DNA of 64,000 nucleotides, from assembly GCA_025352965.1 (NCBI GenBank), contig JANXRP010000134.1, positions 11,179 to 75,178 on the forward strand, read 5' to 3'. The stretch comes from Comamonadaceae bacterium (lineage in GTDB: Bacteria > Pseudomonadota > Gammaproteobacteria > Burkholderiales > Burkholderiaceae_C). Positions 10,258-19,792 of this stretch are shown one piece after another. Each line of letters starts with the position of its first letter. Within the stretch, counting starts at the first letter, position 1. Both the position numbers and the translations under genes were made by a program. Below the pieces are notes generated by a model, which was not told the DNA's origin, did no database searches, and saw only the letters and a list, made by a program, of their open reading frames with translations.

Positions 10258-11324
10258 AAGCGATCCAAGCGCCAGATTTGATATTTGAGCGCGAAGACTG
10301 CGCCAGCCAAAATGCCAGCTGTGGCAATAAAGCTACCTAAAGCTAACGTCGAAACCCCTGACAAGCCTTGTCCAATAGTGCATCCCATAGCCGTTACACC
10401 ACCAACACCCATCAAGGCAGCGCCAATTAAGTGGTTGGCAACATCCTCGACGCTGCCAAAGCCTTCCCATCGGAATGTTTTGGATAGTTTCGCCTCCAAA
10501 AACCCGCCGACCAAAACACCAAAGACACTCACAATACCCAAAGTCAGTACCTTACTTTTATCGCTAAAAAACATCACCCAATCAACGGTGTAGGCCATTG
10601 GTGCAACAAAGCTTAAAGATTCCGCTCGTCCAGAATTAGTTGCCAGATAAGCTTCTTGCAAAGTGTCTGGATGCTCTGGCAGATAGCCAAGCTTTCCGCT
10701 GACCCACCACATCGCTACAATCACGCCGCCAATCACAAGGCTTGGCAACCAAGCAGAGACGCTCCTCATCGCAGAGTTACGAAGCGCCCACGCAACCAAG
10801 GCTACTGCCAACACAAAAGAGATCAAGAGTCGCAGACCCGTAGTGGGCATGACGGTTGGGAGACTGAACAAATCAACTGTGTTGACACGCACAACCGCTG
10901 TGATGCCTTTCAGCGTCGCAAAGGCAGTAACGGCCATCACTATAAAAACAACGAGGGATTTCAAGCTGCCCGAGCTAATCCGCAGCAAAGTCTTATTGCC
11001 GCAGCCTGATGCCAGCACCATACCAAAGCCAAACAGCAAGCCGCCTACTGCAAACGATAGCCAAAGCACCTTAGACGAAACATAAAGTGTTTTTTCTGGG
11101 CTAAGCAAGCCCGCATAAGCCAAACCAGCAAAGCCAAGCATGGCGACGGCAATCGCCATCGCCCACATATGCATTCTTGTCCAGTCTTGCATGTTGACGA
11201 TGTCACTAACTGCGCCCATCGTACAAAAATGACTTCTTTGGGCAACAAATCCAAAGACGATAGAGAGTGCAAAAGCAGCCCACAAAACTTGACTTGTGAG
11301 AGCCACCACGTCAATAGTTGGCAT
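10254..11324 (-). CDS. YeeE/YedE-family inner-membrane protein (putative thiosulfate/sulfur-compound transporter)
   Basis: 356 aa and polytopic. Duplicated sulfur-transport halves with conserved Cys motifs (ASGCGNKT, MGCTIGQG). The stop overlaps the tcdA start by 4 nt. Confidence 0.75.
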   Translation of the reverse strand: MPTIDVVALTSQVLWAAFALSIVFGFVAQRSHFCTMGAVSDIVNMQDWTRMHMWAMAIAVAMLGFAGLAYAGLLSPEKTLYVSSKVLWLSFAVGGLLFGFGMVLASGCGNKTLLRISSGSLKSLVVFIVMAVTAFATLKGITAVVRVNTVDLFSLPTVMPTTGLRLLISFVLAVALVAWALRNSAMRSVSAWLPSLVIGGVIVAMWWVSGKLGYLPEHPDTLQEAYLATNSGRAESLSFVAPMAYTVDWVMFFSDKSKVLTLGIVSVFGVLVGGFLEAKLSKTFRWEGFGSVEDVANHLIGAALMGVGGVTAMGCTIGQGLSGVSTLALGSFIATAGILAGAVFALKYQIWRLDRL

Positions 11325-11352
11325 AGAAGAACCTCTTTTTGAAAAGCTATTT

Positions 11353-12171
11353 TTATTTCAATCGCGACAGACGATCCTTAGCAGCCGCCGCCGCTTCGGA
11401 CTGAGGGTAAATTCTCATCAAATCTTCTAGCGTACGGCGAGCGTTACGCGTGTCTTTCAACTCAATCTGGCTATTCGCCATAGCCAGCAAGGCTTCCGGA
11501 GCTTTGCTTGATGCGGGGTTAGCATCTACAGCCGATTTAAAGTTAACTATCGCTTCCCTATACTCCCGATTCGCATACTGCGCATTACCCAACCAAAACA
11601 AACCCAACGATTGATAGCCACTTTGCGGGTAACGACGCAAAAAATCAATAAATGACTGCGTTGTTGACTTAAAGTCACCTTTGCGGAACAACGCAAGCGA
11701 CGCGTCGTACTCCTTCACTTCGGCTGGATCAGCCAGAAACTCTTTGCCATCAGGGTTGACTTTAATAGGTTCTAAGCGGCGCATCCTATCGTCCACACCT
11801 TGAGCCAAATCACGCTGACGGCGCTGTATTTCGCTCACATCTTTCGCCAACTGTTCTTGCTGCCCGACTTGCTTGGACAGATCACTGCGCAGTTGTTCGA
11901 TCAGCGTTTGCAAATCCAACAAACTACGCTTGATTTGCATATTCTCATCACGTAGGCTTTGAATGCTTTGCTGTGCAAGTTGCAGATTTTGCAATGCTTG
12001 CTTATCTTGTGTACGCGACAGCTCAATTGCTTCGATTTTTTGCCGTAAATCAAGAATAGCTTTGCGCGCCTCCTCGTCATCAAACAGACCCGCAAAGCTA
12101 ATAGATGTGCAACCAAACCATAACGCTAAAAGCACAAGAAAGAATTTAAATTTTGCAACTTTCAGCAACAT
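11353..12171 (-). CDS. cpoB: Tol-Pal system protein CpoB (YbgF)
   Basis: 272 aa. Signal peptide, Gln/Leu-rich coiled coil, and C-terminal TPR-like repeats. Sits directly downstream of pal. Confidence 0.8.
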   Translation of the reverse strand: MLLKVAKFKFFLVLLALWFGCTSISFAGLFDDEEARKAILDLRQKIEAIELSRTQDKQALQNLQLAQQSIQSLRDENMQIKRSLLDLQTLIEQLRSDLSKQVGQQEQLAKDVSEIQRRQRDLAQGVDDRMRRLEPIKVNPDGKEFLADPAEVKEYDASLALFRKGDFKSTTQSFIDFLRRYPQSGYQSLGLFWLGNAQYANREYREAIVNFKSAVDANPASSKAPEALLAMANSQIELKDTRNARRTLEDLMRIYPQSEAAAAAKDRLSRLK

Positions 12172-12191
12172 GCTATTGGCCTTTATGAGTC

Positions 12192-12713
12192 TTAAGGCGC
12201 AGCAAGTTCTACGCGACGATTTTTAGCGCGGGCATCTTCGTCCGTGGCCGTACTGGCTGGCTTCTCTTTGCCAAAGCTGACCGCCTCCATTTGTGTCTCA
12301 GTGACCCCCAAAATAGCAAGCGCGCGTTTGACTGCATCAGCACGCTTTTGCCCCAGCGCCAAGTTGTATTCACGTCCGCCCTGATCATCCGTATGTCCAC
12401 CTAAGGAAATTCTAGCGTTACGGTTAACTGTTAAAAATTTTGCTTGTGCTTCTAAAAGACCTTGGTACTCTTGTTTTACAACATAGCTATCAAAGTCAAA
12501 GTACACGATACCAGGCTTTATAGCGGCGAGGGGGGGGGCTTCAATTGGTTTGATATCGCGAAGCGTAACGTCCGCTGGAGGTGGCGGCGGCGGCGCAACA
12601 GGTTCGGGCGCGCGATCCATAACGGGCGCCTGCTCTGTAATGGGAACCTTCGTTCCGCAAGCCACAAGCATTGCTGCGCTAAAAGCGAGTAAAAATAGTT
12701 TTGTACGAATCAT
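12192..12713 (-). CDS. pal: Peptidoglycan-associated lipoprotein Pal
   Basis: 173 aa. Lipobox LVAC, Pro-rich linker, and an OmpA-like domain (GHTDDQGGREYNLALGQKRADAV). Confidence 0.92.
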   Translation of the reverse strand: MIRTKLFLLAFSAAMLVACGTKVPITEQAPVMDRAPEPVAPPPPPPADVTLRDIKPIEAPPLAAIKPGIVYFDFDSYVVKQEYQGLLEAQAKFLTVNRNARISLGGHTDDQGGREYNLALGQKRADAVKRALAILGVTETQMEAVSFGKEKPASTATDEDARAKNRRVELAAP

Positions 12714-12733
12714 GAAAAGCTCCTAAGTGAAAG

Positions 12734-14062
12734 TTATTTTAAAGCGCCGCCTTGGAAAACACCCCAATCCGGTTCTCGAATATCGCCCAATGCTGCCGTG
12801 AGTTTAGATTTCACGCGACCATCTAAAGTCGTCGTCATCAACGCCTCTTGCCAACGGTTGCCGCTTGCAATTTGCGTCGCATAAATAATTTGTTTACCAT
12901 TTGCGCTAAAGCTTGGGCTCTCATCGGCATCAGTGTCCGTCAGTGGCTGCACTGCTCCCGAAGCTAGATCTTGTATCACTAGCTTGAAAGCGCCACCAAT
13001 TCGTGAAATAAAGGCAAGCTGCTTGCCGTTTGGACTAATAGCTGGCGAAATGTTGTAGTTGCCAGAAAAGCTAATGCGTTGTGCTGCCCCGCCGCTAAGA
13101 GGCATGCGGTAAATCTGAGGACTCCCTCCACGATCACTAACAAAATAAATGTTTTGTCCACCAGGCGCAAAAACGGCCTCGGTATCAATACTGAGTGAGC
13201 TCGATAATTTACGGGGTTCGCCGCCGCCCGCCGCCGACAACAAGAACATCTGTGAACCACCATCACGGCTCAGAGTCACCACTAGATTACGGCCATCAGG
13301 TGACCACGCTGGCGAGCTGTTTGACCCTTTGAAGTCGGCCACTACGCGACGACGGCCAGTGGCAACTTCATGAACATACACCACAGGTTTACGTGACTCA
13401 AATGACACGTAAGCGAGCTGCTGCCCATTGGGTGACCACGCAGGAGAAATGATCGGCTCATTGCTTGCAAGCGCAGAGCCTGCACCTTCACCATCGGAAT
13501 CCGCAACCCACAAATTGAACCTAGGCGATGTGCTACCGCCCGTTTTTGTAATGTAAGCAATGCGGGTTGCCGCAACACCCTTTTCCCCTGTTAACTTCTC
13601 ATAAATCCAATCCGCTATGCGGTGTGCGGTATAGCGCAATTCAGCACTGCCCACCACAAGATTTTGCGCACCCAACTCAACGCCCCGCACAGCGTCCCAC
13701 AAACGGCACCTCACATCAAAACGACCATCAGCCAAGCGACTATTACTTCCAACCAGCAGGGTATCAGCACCAAGCGACCTGATACGGGACCAGTCGGGGC
13801 GACTAGTTTCATCCAACCCACTCACACCATCCACAGAACGAAACACGCCCGATCGAATTAAGTCAGCTTGTACGATAGCGCCAATTTTTTGCGGTGCAAG
13901 CTCATCACCTCTAAATGCAACAATCGCCAGAGGAAGCTGCGTCGCACCAATGCCTGAGACTTCCACGCGAAACTGTGCTAACGCAGGTGGACTCGCCAAG
14001 CCAATGCTAGCGAGACCTGCCGCTTGTGCGATTACTTGTCGGCGAGTAAAAAAAGTCATCAT
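12734..14062 (-). CDS. tolB: Tol-Pal system beta-propeller protein TolB
   Basis: 442 aa. Signal peptide and repeated SPAWSPDG/SPSFSANG propeller blades. Lies upstream of pal. Confidence 0.92.
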   Translation of the reverse strand: MMTFFTRRQVIAQAAGLASIGLASPPALAQFRVEVSGIGATQLPLAIVAFRGDELAPQKIGAIVQADLIRSGVFRSVDGVSGLDETSRPDWSRIRSLGADTLLVGSNSRLADGRFDVRCRLWDAVRGVELGAQNLVVGSAELRYTAHRIADWIYEKLTGEKGVAATRIAYITKTGGSTSPRFNLWVADSDGEGAGSALASNEPIISPAWSPNGQQLAYVSFESRKPVVYVHEVATGRRRVVADFKGSNSSPAWSPDGRNLVVTLSRDGGSQMFLLSAAGGGEPRKLSSSLSIDTEAVFAPGGQNIYFVSDRGGSPQIYRMPLSGGAAQRISFSGNYNISPAISPNGKQLAFISRIGGAFKLVIQDLASGAVQPLTDTDADESPSFSANGKQIIYATQIASGNRWQEALMTTTLDGRVKSKLTAALGDIREPDWGVFQGGALK

Positions 14063-14841
14063 GTCTTTGATTGCTTTTTCGATTGATTTAAAAAATACAA
14101 CTGAAAATATTTATAAAACGTCGCTTGCGCTTGCATTTGGCACACAACAAAACCCAGTGCGCCATCTAAAAATCCAAGACGAATGATATAGCTTCGCACG
14201 AAAGCGACAACAGACGAAGCCATTGCACGTCCAATTGAAGTTGATTTTCCTTCTTGAGCTTTTTGTACCGCCCAAGCCTCACTATAAGTCTTAAGCTTAT
14301 CCCAATAATGATTAGGCGTAGGATAACTAAAGTGCAACAAAGGATGATGCAAGGATATCGTATGCGTATTTGGCACTACTGCTTGCAGACTTTCGTGGAC
14401 TAAATGATCATTAAAACGAGCTGTGCCACGCTGAAATAGTCGGGTGACTCGATCAGGTGACCATCCACAGTGATCAATCCATTGGCCGCAAAAAGATGTG
14501 CGACGAGGAATATCAAAAATAGAGGCTGTATTCGATTCCATCGCCCGCCGAATTTCCGCTGCCAACTCTGGCGTGACGCGCTCATCGGCATCAATCGACA
14601 AAATCCAGTCCCCCGTAGCTAAATCCAAGGCTCTATTTTTTTGCCGCCCAAAACCAGGCCAATCAAAAGTTGTCGTCACGCACGCGCCCATCTGCTGGGC
14701 GATCATGGCCGTGCCGTCTGAACTATCCGAGTCCACCACGATGACTTCACCCGCAAAAGAAACAGACGCCAAGCACGCCGCAATATTGCTGGCTTCGTTT
14801 TTGGTAATCACAATAACACTGAGGGCGCGGAGTTCAGACAT
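14059..14841 (-). CDS. Family 2 glycosyltransferase (WaaE/KdtX-like LPS core GT)
   Basis: 260 aa. Contains LSVIVITKNEASNI, VVDSDSSDGT and DADE (SIDADERV). The stop overlaps the tolB start (ATGA). Confidence 0.8.
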   Translation of the reverse strand: MSELRALSVIVITKNEASNIAACLASVSFAGEVIVVDSDSSDGTAMIAQQMGACVTTTFDWPGFGRQKNRALDLATGDWILSIDADERVTPELAAEIRRAMESNTASIFDIPRRTSFCGQWIDHCGWSPDRVTRLFQRGTARFNDHLVHESLQAVVPNTHTISLHHPLLHFSYPTPNHYWDKLKTYSEAWAVQKAQEGKSTSIGRAMASSVVAFVRSYIIRLGFLDGALGFVVCQMQAQATFYKYFQLYFLNQSKKQSKT

Positions 14842-14850
14842 GGTTCAATT

Positions 14851-16620
14851 ATGATCGCGGTACTTATGTTTTCTCTAGACGCTATCCAAAAATTTTATGC
14901 TCGCCTAGGCAAAATCCAGCCTTATTTTGAGCATGCTGGATTGCCTATTTTGGGTATTTTCATTGCCACGTTGCTGGTCTCACTCACTGAGCCTGCCATA
15001 CCTGCTCTGCTGCAGCCATTGCTAGACAAGGGCTTCGTGGGTAATGGTTTATCGCTTTGGAAGGTGCCAGCCGCCATCATTGGCTTGTTTGCGCTGCGCG
15101 GTTTAGCGGGATTTTTGGCACAATATTTTTTAGCGGTACTGTCAAACAACGCGATGCAAAAACTGCGCACCGCTTTATTTGCAAAAATGCAGCGCATTCG
15201 CATCAATGAGCTAGCCAAAACAACGTCCAGCAGCCTCTCGAACACCATCGTGCACGAAATTCAAAATGGCACCACGCAGCTTGTGAATAGCTTGCTCTCT
15301 ATTTTGAAAGACAGTCTCACACTGATGGCACTTTTGGCCTACTTGCTTTATCTTAATTGGCAGCTGACACTTATCGTCTTCACGATTATTCCGGGTGTAG
15401 CGGCCATCATGAAGTATTTTTCTAAACGTTTAGGTGGCATTGCTAAGACGGTGCAAAAAACGACAGATGATCTTGCCTACGTGGTAGAGGAAAACGTGCT
15501 GGCACAGCGCATGGTACGTCTGCATCAGGCGCAAGGTTTGCAAACCGCACGCTTTGAACTTCTCAGCGCAGCACTGCGCCGTCTTAGCATCAAAGGCATC
15601 ATGGGTGGATCGGCCATGACACCTCTCACGCAAATGCTAGCGGCAACAGCACTCTCCGCAGTCATATGCATTGCGCTTTGGCAAAACAACGCGGGAACCA
15701 GCATTAGCGTGGGCGGATTTGCAGCTTTTATTATGGCGATGCTGATGCTTGTGGCACCTATCAAACACCTCTCGGAAGCCGCAGCCCCCTTGGTTCGCGG
15801 GCTAGCTGCGGTTGAACGTGGCCTCGATTTTGTCGATTCTTTGGTCGATGAGACGTCGGGCCGCTTGCCCGTGCCGATGCAGAAAACATCAACAGCCTTG
15901 CGATTTAATAACGTCAAGCTACGTTACAAAGATGCTAGCGGATGGGCTCTAGATGGCGTATCGCTCACGATCCAAACAGGACAAAAGGTTGCCTTAGTAG
16001 GCACATCGGGCTCAGGCAAAACCAGCCTCATTAATTTACTGCCGCGCTTTTTAGAACCCACCGAAGGGGCAATCTTTTTAAACGAACAAGCTATTCCCGA
16101 ATGGGATTTGGCAGTACTTCGCAAGCAATTCGCCTACGTCAGTCAAGATGTGGTGATGTTTAACGACACGTTAGGTGCAAATGTTGCGCTTGGCGACCCA
16201 AATCCTTCACCAAGCCTTATCCAGCAAGCCTTGCAGGCCGCCCATCTTGACGAGCTCATCGCCTCCTTACCCAGCGGCATTCATACTGTGGTGGGACACA
16301 ATGCGGCTCAGTTATCGGGTGGTCAGCGTCAGCGCCTCGCTATTGCACGCGCCATTTATAAAAATGCGCCCATTTTGTTATTGGATGAAGCCACCTCGGC
16401 CTTAGACAACGAATCAGAGCGGGCCGTGCAACAAGCGTTAGATGAGTTGATGCAGGGGCGTACCACGCTAGTCGTTGCGCATCGTCTCTCGACGGTACAA
16501 AGTGCGGACTCCATTGTGGTGATGTCTAAAGGAAAAATTGTGGAAATGGGCACACACGAAGCCTTGCTTGCGCAAGGAACTCATTATGCGCGGCTCTATC
16601 AGATGGGACTAGCAGATTGA
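14851..16620 (+). CDS. msbA: Lipid A export ABC transporter (permease/ATPase) MsbA
   Basis: 589 aa. Six-TM domain plus an NBD with Walker A GTSGSGKTS, signature LSGGQRQR and Walker B ILLLDEATSALD. An alternative start at 14866 is possible. Confidence 0.85.
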   Translation: MIAVLMFSLDAIQKFYARLGKIQPYFEHAGLPILGIFIATLLVSLTEPAIPALLQPLLDKGFVGNGLSLWKVPAAIIGLFALRGLAGFLAQYFLAVLSNNAMQKLRTALFAKMQRIRINELAKTTSSSLSNTIVHEIQNGTTQLVNSLLSILKDSLTLMALLAYLLYLNWQLTLIVFTIIPGVAAIMKYFSKRLGGIAKTVQKTTDDLAYVVEENVLAQRMVRLHQAQGLQTARFELLSAALRRLSIKGIMGGSAMTPLTQMLAATALSAVICIALWQNNAGTSISVGGFAAFIMAMLMLVAPIKHLSEAAAPLVRGLAAVERGLDFVDSLVDETSGRLPVPMQKTSTALRFNNVKLRYKDASGWALDGVSLTIQTGQKVALVGTSGSGKTSLINLLPRFLEPTEGAIFLNEQAIPEWDLAVLRKQFAYVSQDVVMFNDTLGANVALGDPNPSPSLIQQALQAAHLDELIASLPSGIHTVVGHNAAQLSGGQRQRLAIARAIYKNAPILLLDEATSALDNESERAVQQALDELMQGRTTLVVAHRLSTVQSADSIVVMSKGKIVEMGTHEALLAQGTHYARLYQMGLAD

Positions 16621-16630
16621 GGCTCTTCAA

Positions 16631-18607
16631 TTGACTTACCGCCATGACATTGACGGCTTGCGTGCCCTTGCCGTTTTAGCTGTCATCATTTTTCACGCTT
16701 TTCCAAGCGCCCTGCCAGGTGGCTTTGTTGGTGTTGACATTTTTTTTGTTATCTCGGGCTATCTCATTACTGGCATCCTGCTCAAGCAACTGGCACTAGA
16801 TCAATTTTCGCTTGCACACTTTTATGCGCAGCGTATCAAGCGCATTTTTCCTGCGCTGGCAGCGGTACTCATTTTTTGCTTGTGCGTGGGATGGGTTGCG
16901 CTGACTTCTGGCGAATACAAACAACTGGGGAGATATACGGCAGGCGGCGCCGCGTTCTTAAATAATTTTTTATTCTGGCGCGATGCGGGTTATTTTGATA
17001 CTGCGGCAATCACTAAGCCGCTGCTTCATTTGTGGTCATTAGCCATTGAAGAGCAGTTCTATTTGATCTGGCCATTGTTATTGCTCATCTGCCACAAGCT
17101 ATCACACATCACGTTCAAAGCTCACAGCAAAGCTGTACTCATTGGCGTTATTTTTTGCACATCACTAATCTATAGCTATCAGCTCATGGGTCGTGATCTG
17201 ACAGCCGATTTTTACTCCCCATTCGCTAGGTCTTGGGAACTCATTATTGGTGCAGCTTTGGCCTATTGGCATCAGCGATCACCCATCCTGCAATTGCCCA
17301 AACGCGTTAGCCTATCGCTTGCGGTTATGGGCATCGGCTTGCTGCTGGTAGGTATGACACTCATTGACCCAACACGCGCCTTTCCAGGCCTGTGGGCGCT
17401 GCTACCCACACTGGGCACGGCCTGTCTCATTGCGGCTGGCCCTAGTACATACATCAACACACAATGGCTTGCGAGCCGCCCTCTTGTTTGGATAGGACTT
17501 ATCAGCTATCCACTCTATCTTTGGCATTGGCCTTTGCTCACTTTTGCCCGCATCTTCGAGGGACAAACACCATCCGCGGCCGTGCGTGGCATCTTGCTTT
17601 TAGCCAGCGTTGGCCTCGCTTTTTTAACATATCAATTCATTGAGCGCCCGATTCGATTCCCAAGTCGCCATCGCAAAGCATCTAAAAGCATCATTAGTAT
17701 CTTATGCATCACCATGCTCGCACTGTTTTTAACAGGTTATGCCATCACTCGAAATGAAGGTCTGCCCTTTAGACATTACGAGCGTTTAAATGCCGATGCG
17801 AGCAGCATCGTGCTGGGAGCAGATCGCGGCTTGCTTAAGCACGCATGCGACCTACCGCAAAATCTAGTCACTCAATTTGAATGGTGCTTAAGCCAAGATA
17901 AAGCAACATCTCCGCGCTTTGCCGTCATTGGTGATAGCAAGGGGGAAGCTTTGTACTATGGGCTCGCGCGCGAATCAAGACAAGACGAAAACTGGATGAT
18001 GTTGGGTTCTTTCCCAACGTTTAAATTGCAAAAAAATGCACCTTCGCACCTACTGGAGCTTGCTTTAAACCAGCTTGAGCATGATCGAGCTGTACAAACA
18101 GTGGTGCTCGTCAGCAGCTACAGACATCTTTTTCCAACCGATCACGTCAATGGTTTTATTCAAAAAATCTACACTACTGTAGATATCGAACAAGCCGTTG
18201 ACGAGCAAAATGAAATAATACGAAGACTTCAACAGGTAAACAAAAAAGTGGTGTTTGTCATTGACAACCCCACACTACCTGACCCCAGCAGTTGCATTGA
18301 AGGCGAAATGACATCTTTGCCTGTGTTGAATCGCTTACTTTACCGTGCTGCAAATCCAAACTGCAAAATGACTTATACAGACCATTTAGCAGGTACAGCG
18401 GCTTATCAGCAGTTTGTCAAGCTACTAGCTAACCGCAATCCACAGCTGCTGATTTTTGACCCCGTACCGATACTGTGCGACGTTCCTGCCAACCAGTGCA
18501 CGTATCACGAGGCCAAGTATTTTTTATACAGCTATGGCGACCACCTCTCTGACTACGCCAACTCCAAAATAGCCAAGCAATTACTGCCTTTGATTCGTCG
18601 CCAATAG
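16631..18607 (+). CDS. Acyltransferase-3 family membrane O-acyltransferase with C-terminal SGNH-like domain (OafA-like)
   Basis: 658 aa. N-terminal DIDGLRALAVLAVIIFH and about 10 TM segments, then a soluble C-terminal domain. The only in-frame start is TTG at 16631. Confidence 0.8.
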   Translation: MTYRHDIDGLRALAVLAVIIFHAFPSALPGGFVGVDIFFVISGYLITGILLKQLALDQFSLAHFYAQRIKRIFPALAAVLIFCLCVGWVALTSGEYKQLGRYTAGGAAFLNNFLFWRDAGYFDTAAITKPLLHLWSLAIEEQFYLIWPLLLLICHKLSHITFKAHSKAVLIGVIFCTSLIYSYQLMGRDLTADFYSPFARSWELIIGAALAYWHQRSPILQLPKRVSLSLAVMGIGLLLVGMTLIDPTRAFPGLWALLPTLGTACLIAAGPSTYINTQWLASRPLVWIGLISYPLYLWHWPLLTFARIFEGQTPSAAVRGILLLASVGLAFLTYQFIERPIRFPSRHRKASKSIISILCITMLALFLTGYAITRNEGLPFRHYERLNADASSIVLGADRGLLKHACDLPQNLVTQFEWCLSQDKATSPRFAVIGDSKGEALYYGLARESRQDENWMMLGSFPTFKLQKNAPSHLLELALNQLEHDRAVQTVVLVSSYRHLFPTDHVNGFIQKIYTTVDIEQAVDEQNEIIRRLQQVNKKVVFVIDNPTLPDPSSCIEGEMTSLPVLNRLLYRAANPNCKMTYTDHLAGTAAYQQFVKLLANRNPQLLIFDPVPILCDVPANQCTYHEAKYFLYSYGDHLSDYANSKIAKQLLPLIRRQ

Positions 18608-19792
18608 CGCGCCCATCATCAGCAAAATAAATTCGCCCATGCCAGCCCCGAAGAGTGGGCAGTTCATCATACTCATCAAAATTGTAATTGCCAGTGTCGC
18701 CCTGAGTGCCTGCTGCGCGGATGAATCCAATTGACCTGAATCGCGATAAATTGTTGCAAAAATGGTGAGTAAAAACGCTAAGCCAATCAGACCGCCTTCA
18801 ACCATCCACAATAAAAATTGCTGATGTGGATTACTAGGTGGGTTGACCTGATCAGCTCCGCCCAAACGGAGGTAATTGACGCGCCAACTACCAACACCAT
18901 GCCCAATCAAAGGCTTATCTTGCACCGCTTGCAGCGATTTAGCCCAGTAATCCAAGCGCTGCGCCTGCGATGTATCAAAGTTACCATTTTGGTACTCCAG
19001 TACATCCCGCTTAATCTCAGTCATCTTGGTTTGAAAACGCGTGGAAACTAATCCAAGTGTGAGTGCTATCACAATCGGTAAAAACACAACAGCGGGTCTG
19101 AATTTTTTCGGTAACAACCAAAAAATAGCAAGCGATATCGCCAGCATCATGACGAGATAACCTGTACGCCCCGTCATTACAAAAAACACATTAGAAATCG
19201 TTAAGGCAAGCATTGTTATCACAACGGTTTGACGCCATTTTTGTGGGATTTCAGCGCGCAAAAACCACACCATTACAAGCATGAGCGTACTCATCACGGG
19301 TTGCTCTAAGGTGCTGGTAAACACAATGCCTGCACTCAGTGGGAATTCGGTGATTGCCCAAGGAAGTGACACGCCAAGCCATAAAAACCACGAGCTGAGC
19401 ACAACAAACATTTGGCCAACGACAAACGCTACGAGAATCTTTAAAGCGTCGCGCCTTGTCTCAATTAAATAGTAAACGGCAGGCAGCACCCACAGCCTAG
19501 CGTGGCGCATAAAACTAACCATGCGTTCACCGTCACCACCTTCACTCCAAAGCAAGGACAAATACAGCCAAGCGAGCCCCGCTGCAATAGCGGTAAAAGT
19601 GATGTAACCACTTTTGACGAATCGGAGCTGCCTAGCTCGCCAAAGACTCACCAACTTTGCAGCAATCGCCAACACAACGAGTAGCTTAGAAATCGATACC
19701 AAAGCCACGCCCATGCTGACCGACACAGCCAAGCAATACAGCGCAGCCATGCTAAACGAATGCGTCAAATAAGGGCGATCTAGGCGCTGCAT
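18581..19792 (-). CDS. O-antigen ligase family (WaaL/Wzy_C) membrane protein
   Basis: 403 aa and polytopic. Periplasmic loop motif PHQQFLLWMVEGGLIGL resembles the ligase H-N-x-(F/Y)L...E-x-G motif. Confidence 0.7.
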   Translation of the reverse strand: MQRLDRPYLTHSFSMAALYCLAVSVSMGVALVSISKLLVVLAIAAKLVSLWRARQLRFVKSGYITFTAIAAGLAWLYLSLLWSEGGDGERMVSFMRHARLWVLPAVYYLIETRRDALKILVAFVVGQMFVVLSSWFLWLGVSLPWAITEFPLSAGIVFTSTLEQPVMSTLMLVMVWFLRAEIPQKWRQTVVITMLALTISNVFFVMTGRTGYLVMMLAISLAIFWLLPKKFRPAVVFLPIVIALTLGLVSTRFQTKMTEIKRDVLEYQNGNFDTSQAQRLDYWAKSLQAVQDKPLIGHGVGSWRVNYLRLGGADQVNPPSNPHQQFLLWMVEGGLIGLAFLLTIFATIYRDSGQLDSSAQQALRATLAITILMSMMNCPLFGAGMGEFILLMMGALLATNQRQ

